From: a virus
Taxonomy: Duplodnaviria > Caudoviricetes
Virus record (IMG/VR): IMGVR_UViG_3300011335_000450
Location: 1 to 32,374 of that record
DNA: 32,374 bases
Strand: one strand, 5' to 3'
Shown here piece by piece: positions 1-7,298 of this stretch. A model generated the notes under the pieces. It was not told the DNA's origin. It saw only the letters and a program-made list of their open reading frames with translations, and made no database searches. Position 1 is the first letter of the stretch; the number at the start of each line of letters is the position of its first letter. Position numbers and translations under genes: made by a program.

Positions 1-120
<120 letters not shown>

Positions 121-154
121 GCGGTTACAAATACCCACACTGACAGCAGGGTCT

Positions 155-461
155 ATATACCCCCGGGGGTATATTGTATACTTATAAGTTAACAAATTGA
201 GTGCTTTGTATACTTATACGTAAAAATATACAGAAATTGCAAAAACTTGCTGTCTGTGGGGGCCCCCCGCCCGGGGTGTCGGATGGGACCCTAAATGGGG
301 TGTCGCTAAAAAACAACGCCCCCTCATACCCTATGGGGTATCGCGCATACCCTACGGGGTATAGTACCGGCTTGGTCGCATACCCTACTGGGTATAGTAG
401 GCACCGAGGCGCATACCCTACTGGGTATAGTAGGCACCGAGGCGCATACCCTACTGGGTAT
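155..461. promoter_or_regulatory. Six ATACCC-N4-GGGTAT palindromes (CsoR/RcnR/FrmR-operator-like); five lie in a tandem array
   Basis: Copies at 157-172 (inside a perfect 20-bp palindrome 155-174), 326-341, 347-362, 380-395, 413-428 and 446-461; array spacing 21, 33, 33, 33 bp. Confidence 0.6.
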
Positions 462-477
462 AGTATGCGGGCCAAGC

Positions 478-624
478 TGGCATGGATCTTGCATGGCTAG
501 CAAGTATCGTGCCAACGTGGCATGGCACGCATTGTGCTATTAGCAAGAAGCATGCCAACGTGGCATGGCACGCATTGTGCTATTAGCAAGAAGCATGCCA
601 ACGTGGCATGGCACGTATCTTGCT
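478..624. promoter_or_regulatory. Array of seven sigma-54 (RpoN) -24/-12 boxes in alternating orientation within a 43-bp tandem repeat
   Basis: TGGCAYG-N4-KTGCW with GG-N10-GC spacing at 478-493(+), 499-514(-), 523-538(+), 542-557(-), 566-581(+), 585-600(-), 609-624(+). Confidence 0.75.
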
Positions 625-645
625 AGTGTGGCACGCAGGCTAAAT

Positions 646-670
646 GCAAATGAGAATGATTCGTATTCGC
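646..670. promoter_or_regulatory. Fur-box-like site
   Basis: GCAAATGAGAATGATTCGTATTCGC; core 649-667 matches AATGATAAT-N-ATTATCATT at 14 of 18 positions. Confidence 0.5.
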
Positions 671-738
671 AATGCGCACGCGAGGCCTAGGGGCCTGTCT
701 AGCGTGATTGCACTAATATAGTATGTCACGCGATTGCC

Positions 739-754
739 CTAGACGATCGTCTAG
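739..754. promoter_or_regulatory. Perfect 16-bp palindrome, possible operator
   Basis: CTAGACGATCGTCTAG, just upstream of the first promoter-like motif. Confidence 0.4.
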
Positions 755-822
755 TGCTGATCTATAACCACCCCCAATTGACCATGATAGTGTAAGTAAA
801 CCAAACCCCAAAGGAAACCACC

Positions 823-1143
823 ATGCAAACCCTCACACCATCACGCCACACCGGCGACCGCGACAACATGTTCACAATCAACCTGCCACGCATGCGTGGT
901 ATCTACAGCGACGCAAGCTTGTACCAAGGTTATAAGAAAAACGACGACGGCATTTACTGGGCCCTGCAACATTCGTCTTGTTTACAGGGCCATTACAGCG
1001 AGGCAGACATTGCCCATCGCGACCGCCTGCACAACATGAAACCCTTGGAAAATGGCGACATTGTGCTGATCAATGGCGAGCAGTACAAGACGCGCATTCT
1101 AGGCAATTTCAGTGACTGCGCCATTTTCGACAAGATCGATTGA
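823..1143 (+). CDS. Early hypothetical protein, 106 aa
   Basis: AAGGA RBS; follows motif copy 1; stop codon is the first triplet of the hairpin cassette. Confidence 0.8.
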   Translation: MQTLTPSRHTGDRDNMFTINLPRMRGIYSDASLYQGYKKNDDGIYWALQHSSCLQGHYSEADIAHRDRLHNMKPLENGDIVLINGEQYKTRILGNFSDCAIFDKID

Positions 1144-1228
1144 TGCGTGATGGCCTGCGTGCAGGCCATTGCAGATCAACCACCCCCAGTTGACCATAGT
1201 AGTATCACCAACCAAACAGGAGGCCATC

Positions 1229-1495
1229 ATGGCAATCGTTACCCTTTTCAAAGCAACATACAAACCCGCAACAAACACACGCGCGGCCAAGATCATGGTC
1301 CAACGTATGGACCTAAACGACAAGGCAGAGGCCATGCCGCTGGACTACAGCGCGAAAAACCTTACCCGCGCGGCCATCGTGGCATACGCTAAAAAACGCG
1401 GCCCACAATGGTGGTTGCCCACCGACGAGGACGACCTACAGTTTGTAGGAGACGAGAAAAACAGCAACGTCCAGTACTACATCACAAGCAAATAA
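1229..1495 (+). CDS. Early hypothetical protein, 88 aa (start revised)
   Basis: AGGAGG RBS before ATG 1229; the upstream extension in the ORF track is repeat sequence. Confidence 0.8.
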   Translation: MAIVTLFKATYKPATNTRAAKIMVQRMDLNDKAEAMPLDYSAKNLTRAAIVAYAKKRGPQWWLPTDEDDLQFVGDEKNSNVQYYITSK

Positions 1496-1552
1496 TGCGT
1501 GATGGCCTGCATGCAGGCCATTGCAGATTATTTTCAACAACAGGAGCACACC

Positions 1553-2296
1553 ATGAAAAAACCCACCGGCTACGTTATTTACCGCGGCCCATCGTTACTT
1601 GATGGCACACCAATTGTGGCCATTGCCCTGCTTGGTTCAAGCAATCGCAAGACAGGCAACATGGTGCAGACCTATATTTTGCGCGACGACATGCGCCCTA
1701 CACTGGCCGTCCAAACTGGCGCGGACAGCGCGATCTGTGGCAATTGCAAACACCGGCCATTTTTAGGTGGCGCGTGTTACGTGGTCGTGGCCCAAGGTCC
1801 TACTGTTGTCTTCAAGACAATGCAGGCCGGCAAATACCCTGACGCTACACCGGCCGACGTGGGCACCATGGTGGCCGGTCGCATGGTGCGTCTCGGCACC
1901 TATGGGGACCCTGCCGCGGTACCGGCCAACGTATGGCAGGCCCTGACAGCGCAGGCCGTCGGCCGTACAGGGTACACACACCAATGGGCCAACGAGGCCC
2001 TGCCAATGGACCACCGCGCAGACATTGCCCAGTTGACCATGGCCAGTGTAGACACAGTGGAAGAGGCCCAACAGGCCCGCGCCAGTGGCCTGCGTTATTT
2101 CCGGATCCGCTTGGCCACCGAGGCCCTGCAAGAGCGCGAATTTGTGTGCCCTGCTAGCGAAGAGGCCGGTAAGCGCAAACTGTGTGACACGTGTGGCGCG
2201 TGCAATGGCACGACCAAATCCACTGGCGCAAGCCCTGTGATTATTGTGCATGGCAACAAGGCCCGCAGATTCACAGAACAGCGCGCGACAGCATGA
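1553..2296 (+). CDS. Cys-rich phage protein, GP88/DUF7227-like, possibly Fe-S/radical-SAM-related
   Basis: AGGAG RBS; motifs NRKTG, CGNCKHR, CYV, RLGTYGDP, GYTHQW, CPAS, CDTCGAC; family recalled from motifs. Confidence 0.6.
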   Translation: MKKPTGYVIYRGPSLLDGTPIVAIALLGSSNRKTGNMVQTYILRDDMRPTLAVQTGADSAICGNCKHRPFLGGACYVVVAQGPTVVFKTMQAGKYPDATPADVGTMVAGRMVRLGTYGDPAAVPANVWQALTAQAVGRTGYTHQWANEALPMDHRADIAQLTMASVDTVEEAQQARASGLRYFRIRLATEALQEREFVCPASEEAGKRKLCDTCGACNGTTKSTGASPVIIVHGNKARRFTEQRATA

Positions 2297-2387
2297 TTGA
2301 TGCGTGATGGCCTGCGTGCAGGCCATTGCAGATCAACCACCCCCAGTTGACCATAGTAGTATCAGCAACCAAACAGGAGAAAACACC

Positions 2388-2600
2388 ATGGAAAAATTAT
2401 ACGCATTTCAACGTCGCATGCATTCAACGTGCCACTATTACCCGCGTGAGTATGGCGTGGCCATTAACTGGAATGCGCAGACGCGCAAGTGGGAAACCCT
2501 GACAATCAAAATGGACAGCAATCACAAGGCAGAATTAGAGGCCCTGTTGCAAGGCACCGACGGCCACATTACCCGCATCGACGGATTTTTCACCAACTAA
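2388..2600 (+). CDS. Early hypothetical protein, 70 aa
   Basis: AGGAG RBS after the cassette. Confidence 0.75.
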   Translation: MEKLYAFQRRMHSTCHYYPREYGVAINWNAQTRKWETLTIKMDSNHKAELEALLQGTDGHITRIDGFFTN

Positions 2601-2610
2601 GGAGCAGACC

Positions 2611-2991
2611 ATGATCAAGTTCAAAAAGACAGTGCCGGACGGCCGGCATAACACAGAGGCGCGTGATTGCACAGTGCGCGCATTGGCCCATGTGGCCGAC
2701 ATGCCATACAGTGAAGCGCACGCGCTCATGGCCTCATTCGGCCGTAAGAATCGACGTGGCGTGCCACGTGGTGACGTGGTCAGGGCCTACGCAAGCAAGG
2801 GCCTGACATACATCAAGCGCAACGACAGGCCCACACTGGCCCAGTTCATGCGCGAAGATGGCGCCAAGCATGAGCGCCTAGTGATCAACAAAACCGGCCA
2901 CGTGTTTGCGCTGATCAACGGCACACAGTTGGACATGGCCAAGTGCGGACCACGCACGCGAGTGCAAGGGTATTACGTGCCGGCAAAATGA
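2611..2991 (+). CDS. Putative papain-fold (C39-like) Cys peptidase
   Basis: AAGGAG RBS; DCTVRALA (Cys at a helix start) and GHVFAL..NG...D (His/Asp). Confidence 0.5.
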   Translation: MIKFKKTVPDGRHNTEARDCTVRALAHVADMPYSEAHALMASFGRKNRRGVPRGDVVRAYASKGLTYIKRNDRPTLAQFMREDGAKHERLVINKTGHVFALINGTQLDMAKCGPRTRVQGYYVPAK

Positions 2992-3068
2992 TGCGTGATG
3001 GCCTGCGTGCAGGCCATTGCAGATCAACCACCCCCAATTGACCATAGTAGTATCAACAGGAGAAAACA

Positions 3069-3257
3069 ATGAAGACAATCACAATCACACAAAAACAGTG
3101 GTCCAACCTTAACGTTGGCCTGCTGTATGAAATGGCCAAGTTCTTGGCAGAAGAGCACAGCGAGGACCTGACACGCGAAGAGCGCACAGACACCATCAAC
3201 ATGCTCAACGACGCAATACACGAGTACAACAAGATCAAAGAGGCATTCAAAGCATGA
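3069..3257 (+). CDS. Early hypothetical protein, 62 aa
   Basis: AGGAG RBS after the cassette. Confidence 0.75.
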   Translation: MKTITITQKQWSNLNVGLLYEMAKFLAEEHSEDLTREERTDTINMLNDAIHEYNKIKEAFKA

Positions 3258-3349
3258 AATACCTTAGAGAGTTTATCGAGGCCCTGATACTGGCCGTCCT
3301 GATCGGTGGCCCGCTGTTTTATTATTTTCTTTACGTAATGAAACCATGA
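3254..3349 (+). CDS. 31-aa single-TM peptide (not in ORF track)
   Basis: MKYLREFIEALILAVLIGGPLFYYFLYVMKP; ATGA overlaps at both ends. Confidence 0.65.
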   Translation: MKYLREFIEALILAVLIGGPLFYYFLYVMKP

Positions 3350-3444
3350 ACAACTGGCCATTCCCCCCATTCCCAAACCCACTAGACAAGGGCGCCAACG
3401 TGCCCCGATTCAACCCCGATAACTTCGAGGACGCGCCCTTTTAA
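3346..3444 (+). CDS. 32-aa Pro-rich peptide with SSB-tail-like end (not in ORF track)
   Basis: MNNWPFPPFPNPLDKGANVPRFNPDNFEDAPF; ATGA-coupled; stop fused to motif copy 5. Confidence 0.65.
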   Translation: MNNWPFPPFPNPLDKGANVPRFNPDNFEDAPF

Positions 3445-3492
3445 CCACCCCCAATTGACCATAGTAGTATCAACAACACAGGAGCACACACC

Positions 3493-3771
3493 ATGAAAAC
3501 AGCACGACCATACACCGACGACGTCGGAGGTTTTATCTACTACAAAAAGATGGCCGAGCAGGCCTCAAAGGTGGCCCACAGTAGCGCGCATGGTGTGTGC
3601 GTGACTGTGGATTACTTTAACGGGGACTACAAATTCGTTATATGGACACTGGCCCCCAAGGCCACCAATGGCATTACCAAACACGAATTGTTCGCAGAGG
3701 TCACAGACCAAGATCGATTAAACGCACACGTTATCGGTTTCACACAAAACATCGAGGAGTTGACAAAATGA
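3493..3771 (+). CDS. Early hypothetical protein, 92 aa
   Basis: AGGAG RBS after motif copy 5. Confidence 0.75.
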   Translation: MKTARPYTDDVGGFIYYKKMAEQASKVAHSSAHGVCVTVDYFNGDYKFVIWTLAPKATNGITKHELFAEVTDQDRLNAHVIGFTQNIEELTK

Positions 3772-3962
3772 GAAAATTTCCACTGTACATCATTGACAGA
3801 GCAGGCCAGTTCACCACGCAGGAATTCCCGTCGTACGAGGAGCAATGCGCGGCCGCGGACAAGTGGGAGGCCGGTGGCCACGAGACCTACTTCAATTACC
3901 TAAACGCAGTGATGCGTTACGACGCATTCAAACGATTCAACCAAGCACAAGGAGCAAAATAA
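3768..3962 (+). CDS. Hypothetical protein, 64 aa (start revised)
   Basis: GAGGAG RBS; ATGA overlap. Confidence 0.7.
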   Translation: MRKFPLYIIDRAGQFTTQEFPSYEEQCAAADKWEAGGHETYFNYLNAVMRYDAFKRFNQAQGAK

Positions 3963-4288
3963 TGAACCAATTTCAAAGCGCATACGAGCAGGGCAAAATG
4001 GACAAGTGGGACCGGATCACACAAACCATGGACCAAGTGCGTGCCGAGCACGACGCAGGCAAACACGTGGTGGTGTTCGAGTCCTTGTCCTACTGCCCCT
4101 ACACCGACGCGCCCATGGGCACCATGCCCCACATCGTCAAGGCCTGCGACACACGCGACGAGGCCGAGGGCCTGATCAATGACTACTTTGAAGACCACAT
4201 CGACAACGACGTGGTGGACGTTTACATTTACCCAAAGTACAAAGCGCCTAAACAGGCAACAACAGAATTTGACGACATTCCTTTTTAA
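3962..4288 (+). CDS. Acidic 108-aa protein ending in an SSB C-terminal motif (EFDDIPF)
   Basis: AAGGAG RBS; TAATG coupling; C-terminus resembles the bacterial SSB tail DFDDDIPF. Confidence 0.75.
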   Translation: MNQFQSAYEQGKMDKWDRITQTMDQVRAEHDAGKHVVVFESLSYCPYTDAPMGTMPHIVKACDTRDEAEGLINDYFEDHIDNDVVDVYIYPKYKAPKQATTEFDDIPF

Positions 4289-4337
4289 CCACCCCCAATT
4301 GACCATAGTATTACAACCAACCAAACAGGAGAAAACC

Positions 4338-4688
4338 ATGGATAAGACATACTGGACAGGCCAAGGCCGTTACCAAGCGCAGGCCGACGCGTTAGAAAAG
4401 CTTCTGCCAATTTTTGGCGTGGTGGAAGACGCCAAGGGCGCCAACAAGCACCTAGACACATTTAGGCGCGCAGTTAACTGCTACTACGACGTGTACAACA
4501 ACGGCCTGTGCAATCGGGCACGTGAGTTCAGCACACTGTTTAAAATTGCAGGCGTGGCCAAAGAGATCAATTCGCGTCGTGCCAACGGCATGCTGTCTAT
4601 GGACACGCAGGAGCGTATTGAGGACAAGATGGGCCTGTTCATACTGGCCGCGTTTCAGGAACAGTTTGTAGAGGAGACAACAGAATGA
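4338..4688 (+). CDS. Early hypothetical protein, 116 aa (start revised)
   Basis: AGGAG RBS after motif copy 6. Confidence 0.75.
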   Translation: MDKTYWTGQGRYQAQADALEKLLPIFGVVEDAKGANKHLDTFRRAVNCYYDVYNNGLCNRAREFSTLFKIAGVAKEINSRRANGMLSMDTQERIEDKMGLFILAAFQEQFVEETTE

Positions 4689-5212
4689 TCACAGTAGACA
4701 AATTCAACGTGCGCATTTTGCGCAAGGGTGACAAGTATGGACGTGAGTTCTGCCTGACACACGATGAGGACAAGCCAGTGGTCGAGTTCTACGACACCCG
4801 CTACCCACACACCGAGTATGGCCAGTTTGTGACACGTTACTATGTGGAGACAATCCTAGGCACCGACCGGTACGGCCGAGGCACCGGTGGCCTGATGTTG
4901 GATGGTGGCGTGCCGTCATGGACAGTAGGCGCCAAGGACATGGACACAGTGCGCGCATACCTGCAGGCCGAGACCGGCCTCAAGCGCAAGGTCGATGTGT
5001 GGTTTGGCATGATGACACATGGCCGGTTTGGCGTGACAGAGCACGACATTGAGCCCGCTGTGATCATCTATTCAATCGACGAGAAGGCCACCATGGACCC
5101 CGACGAGATCGAGGACTACATGGCCCTGCACCATTACGACAGTTACCTTGTGCCCTCCGAGTTCGTGGGGTACGTTACGTATTCATCGGACTACATTAGG
5201 AACATGCCCTAA
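4685..5212 (+). CDS. Hypothetical protein, 175 aa
   Basis: GAGGAG RBS; ATGA overlap; stop fused to motif copy 7. Confidence 0.75.
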   Translation: MITVDKFNVRILRKGDKYGREFCLTHDEDKPVVEFYDTRYPHTEYGQFVTRYYVETILGTDRYGRGTGGLMLDGGVPSWTVGAKDMDTVRAYLQAETGLKRKVDVWFGMMTHGRFGVTEHDIEPAVIIYSIDEKATMDPDEIEDYMALHHYDSYLVPSEFVGYVTYSSDYIRNMP

Positions 5213-5251
5213 CCACCCCCAGTTGACCATTACAGTACAAAGGAGCAAACC

Positions 5252-5506
5252 ATGAAAAAGTTACAGAAATTTATCAAAGCAGAAAACGACTGGCGTAAGT
5301 TGTTCGGCAACCCTGCCCTGACAATCGACACACCGGAGGGCAGGCAACACGTGGCAGAGTTGATCGACAATCAACTAAGCCCCGAGAACCTGTACTGTGA
5401 TGGCGAGATCAGCCACACAGAGGCGCAGATGAAGTACCGCATGCTATCAGGCGCGGCCAAAGACCTGATGAAAATTGACCCCAACGTAGTTATTTATGAA
5501 ATTTAA
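5252..5506 (+). CDS. Phage hypothetical protein, 84 aa
   Basis: AAGGAG RBS; LSPENLYCDGE motif. Confidence 0.75.
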   Translation: MKKLQKFIKAENDWRKLFGNPALTIDTPEGRQHVAELIDNQLSPENLYCDGEISHTEAQMKYRMLSGAAKDLMKIDPNVVIYEI

Positions 5507-5516
5507 GGAGAAAACC

Positions 5517-5783
5517 ATGGACAGCAAAGAACTAGCATCTATCGTGGCCGAATCAAACGGCCGTTTTGTCAGCGTCGTGTTCGTTAAGAAAGACGGCACA
5601 GAGCGCACCATGCTCTGCCGATTAGGCGTCACAAAGTACCTGAAAGGTGGCACGTCCAAGTTAGACGCGGACAAGTACCTGACAGTGTTCGACGTTAAAA
5701 AGGAAGAGTACCGCGCGATCAACCGCGAGACCATCCTATCGGTCAAGTTGGCAGGCAACACATACACACAGGAGGCCACATGA
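5517..5783 (+). CDS. WYL-like/SH3-fold protein (DUF2693-like)
   Basis: AAGGAG RBS; VxFVKKDGTERTM...VFDVKKEEYRAI pattern. Confidence 0.6.
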   Translation: MDSKELASIVAESNGRFVSVVFVKKDGTERTMLCRLGVTKYLKGGTSKLDADKYLTVFDVKKEEYRAINRETILSVKLAGNTYTQEAT

Positions 5784-5998
5784 TCGAGTACAAGATCGAC
5801 CGAGCCTGTGACGGGCAGGACGTGTTCTTTGACGGCAAGAAGGTGGGGTGGCTGTCGTTCGGTGACCTGCGTAGTCTGTATGAAGACAGGCGCCCTGTGA
5901 CCATGTTGATCATGGACAAGGGCACCAAGCACCACGACAGCATGGCCTCGGCCAAAGAGTACATCGAGGCAGTTTACAAACAACAGGAGACAGCATGA
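5780..5998 (+). CDS. Hypothetical protein, 72 aa
   Basis: AGGAGG RBS; ATGA overlap. Confidence 0.7.
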   Translation: MIEYKIDRACDGQDVFFDGKKVGWLSFGDLRSLYEDRRPVTMLIMDKGTKHHDSMASAKEYIEAVYKQQETA

Positions 5999-6489
5999 TC
6001 ACCCTAGCAACTCCAAAAGAACACCTAGCGTTTTTACTGGCCGAAGACAAGGCCTGTTTTGAGGAGGGCGACTGGGACCGCCTAGACAGAATACGTTTGG
6101 CCATAGACGACACACGCGAACAAATTAAAAAAGAGGATTCAATTAACATGAACAAATTATCAGTAAACCAACCACGTCCTAATTTGGTGGACGTGATCGT
6201 GGGTGAGGACAACGGGTGGGTGGCGGTGGCCATGTCCATGGGCATGCTTCGCGTGGAGGTCTACGACGCGAAAGGCGACGTGCTGAACGCGTTCAAAAAG
6301 GAATGGCCGGACGAGAAGAAACGTTTTAAGGTCCGCGCGTCGTACAGTGCTATGTGTGAGACCGAGGTCGAGGCACATAACATCGACGAGGCCTACGAGA
6401 TCGCTAAAAAATTGGACGGTGGTGTGTTCGACACACACTGCGACCCTGACGACTGGCACATTGAAGACGTATACGAGGTAACAAAATGA
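5995..6489 (+). CDS. Hypothetical protein, 164 aa
   Basis: AGGAG RBS; ATGA overlap. Confidence 0.7.
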   Translation: MITLATPKEHLAFLLAEDKACFEEGDWDRLDRIRLAIDDTREQIKKEDSINMNKLSVNQPRPNLVDVIVGEDNGWVAVAMSMGMLRVEVYDAKGDVLNAFKKEWPDEKKRFKVRASYSAMCETEVEAHNIDEAYEIAKKLDGGVFDTHCDPDDWHIEDVYEVTK

Positions 6490-6647
6490 ACACAAGACTT
6501 TTAAAACACGTGCGCACACTGTTTGTGCACGAATTCGTGCCCGCGAGCACAGCAAGGCACAACATACGCCAGTGGGTAAAATCTGTGCGCATGTTGGGTG
6601 ATAAGCATTTACTGGCCATCAAGGTGCCAAAGAAGGAGACAGCATGA
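6486..6647 (+). CDS. 53-aa basic protein (not in ORF track)
   Basis: MNTRLLKHVRTLF...RQWVKSVRMLGDKHLLA; GAGG RBS; ATGA overlaps at both ends. Confidence 0.7.
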   Translation: MNTRLLKHVRTLFVHEFVPASTARHNIRQWVKSVRMLGDKHLLAIKVPKKETA

Positions 6648-6868
6648 AAGCATTAGTATCTATATTAAAACGCGCCCAATCGTTGACGTCCACGATTAGC
6701 AACGACGAGGAAATAACACGCGAAGTAATAGACCTAGCGACAGAGTTAGACGCAGAATTAAATGAGTTGATAGGTTTGTTTGACCCAAACTGGATGTCAT
6801 ACGAGCAAGGGTATGAGTACGACCCCAAGCTTGTTGCCATTGCCCTAAACCTAGGAGAAAATAAATGA
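6644..6868 (+). CDS. Hypothetical protein, 74 aa
   Basis: AAGGAG RBS; ATGA coupling. Confidence 0.7.
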   Translation: MKALVSILKRAQSLTSTISNDEEITREVIDLATELDAELNELIGLFDPNWMSYEQGYEYDPKLVAIALNLGENK

Positions 6869-7083
6869 GATCATTGGAAGACTACGACATTCGCGACGTG
6901 GCCGAGTACCTGAGGGACTGGGGCTACGTGGTGACGGCACCGGCAGACGCGGGTGACGGCCTGTGGGTCAGCCAAGAGCAGTTGGCAGACATTGAGCATT
7001 TACTGGTGTGTGGCCAAAAAGAGGCCGCACAAAACGACCTGTTTGAACTATTAGGGAAAACCCTTAACCGGAGCGTGGCATGA
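6865..7083 (+). CDS. Hypothetical protein, 72 aa
   Basis: AGGAG RBS; ATGA coupling. Confidence 0.7.
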   Translation: MRSLEDYDIRDVAEYLRDWGYVVTAPADAGDGLWVSQEQLADIEHLLVCGQKEAAQNDLFELLGKTLNRSVA

Positions 7084-7298
7084 TTAAACCAATTACCCGA
7101 TTCACACTGGAAGACCAAATTATGGAGTGTTGGGGTGTCGTGGACGACATAGATATGGTCTACAGCAACGAGGCCCTGTACCAAGACGAGGACCGCATGA
7201 TGAACGTCCTACTAGGTATGCAGGAATTGTATCGACTGCGTTTTGAGCGCCTGTTCCAAACGTTTGAGCATTTAGTCCATGAAGGGAAGATCACATGA
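7080..7298 (+). CDS. Hypothetical protein, 72 aa
   Basis: GGAG RBS; ATGA coupling. Confidence 0.7.
   Translation: MIKPITRFTLEDQIMECWGVVDDIDMVYSNEALYQDEDRMMNVLLGMQELYRLRFERLFQTFEHLVHEGKIT

Larger units (their letters stand above)
1141..3055 (+). repeat. Dispersed hairpin cassette ATGGCCTGC-RT-GCAGGCCAT, four copies; three are fused to the promoter-like motif as a 67-bp unit
   Basis: Near-identical units at 1141-1207, 2298-2364 and 2989-3055; hairpin-only copy at 1495-1528. Confidence 0.9.
766..5230 (+). promoter_or_regulatory. Seven dispersed copies of the 20-bp promoter-like motif AACCACCCCCARTTGACCAT
   Basis: Copies start at 766, 1178, 2335, 3026, 3443, 4287 and 5211; all lie at gene boundaries, 20-40 bp upstream of an AGGA(G) RBS and ATG. 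Confidence 0.75.

Noticed and set aside
182-515. ORFs 182-475, 201-500 and 324-515
   Set aside because: Translations just mirror the 33-bp repeat; no RBS; the conserved feature is a DNA palindrome
326-624. CRISPR array or mini-array
   Set aside because: Intervening sequences are identical or too short to be unique spacers; no cas operon (DUF2800 is a replication-module nuclease)
710-725. NrdR box (CACTAATATAGTA)
   Set aside because: One base short of the NrdR palindrome spacing and far from nrdJ
2028-2040. Eighth copy of the promoter-like motif (CCCAGTTGACCAT)
   Set aside because: Only a 13-bp partial match inside a CDS, with no downstream RBS
1147-2387. Shared N-termini MMACVQAIAD / MQINHPQLTIV as a protein repeat family
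   Set aside because: Artefact of ORF calling through the regulatory cassette; RBS-supported starts lie downstream (1229, 1553, 2388, 4338)
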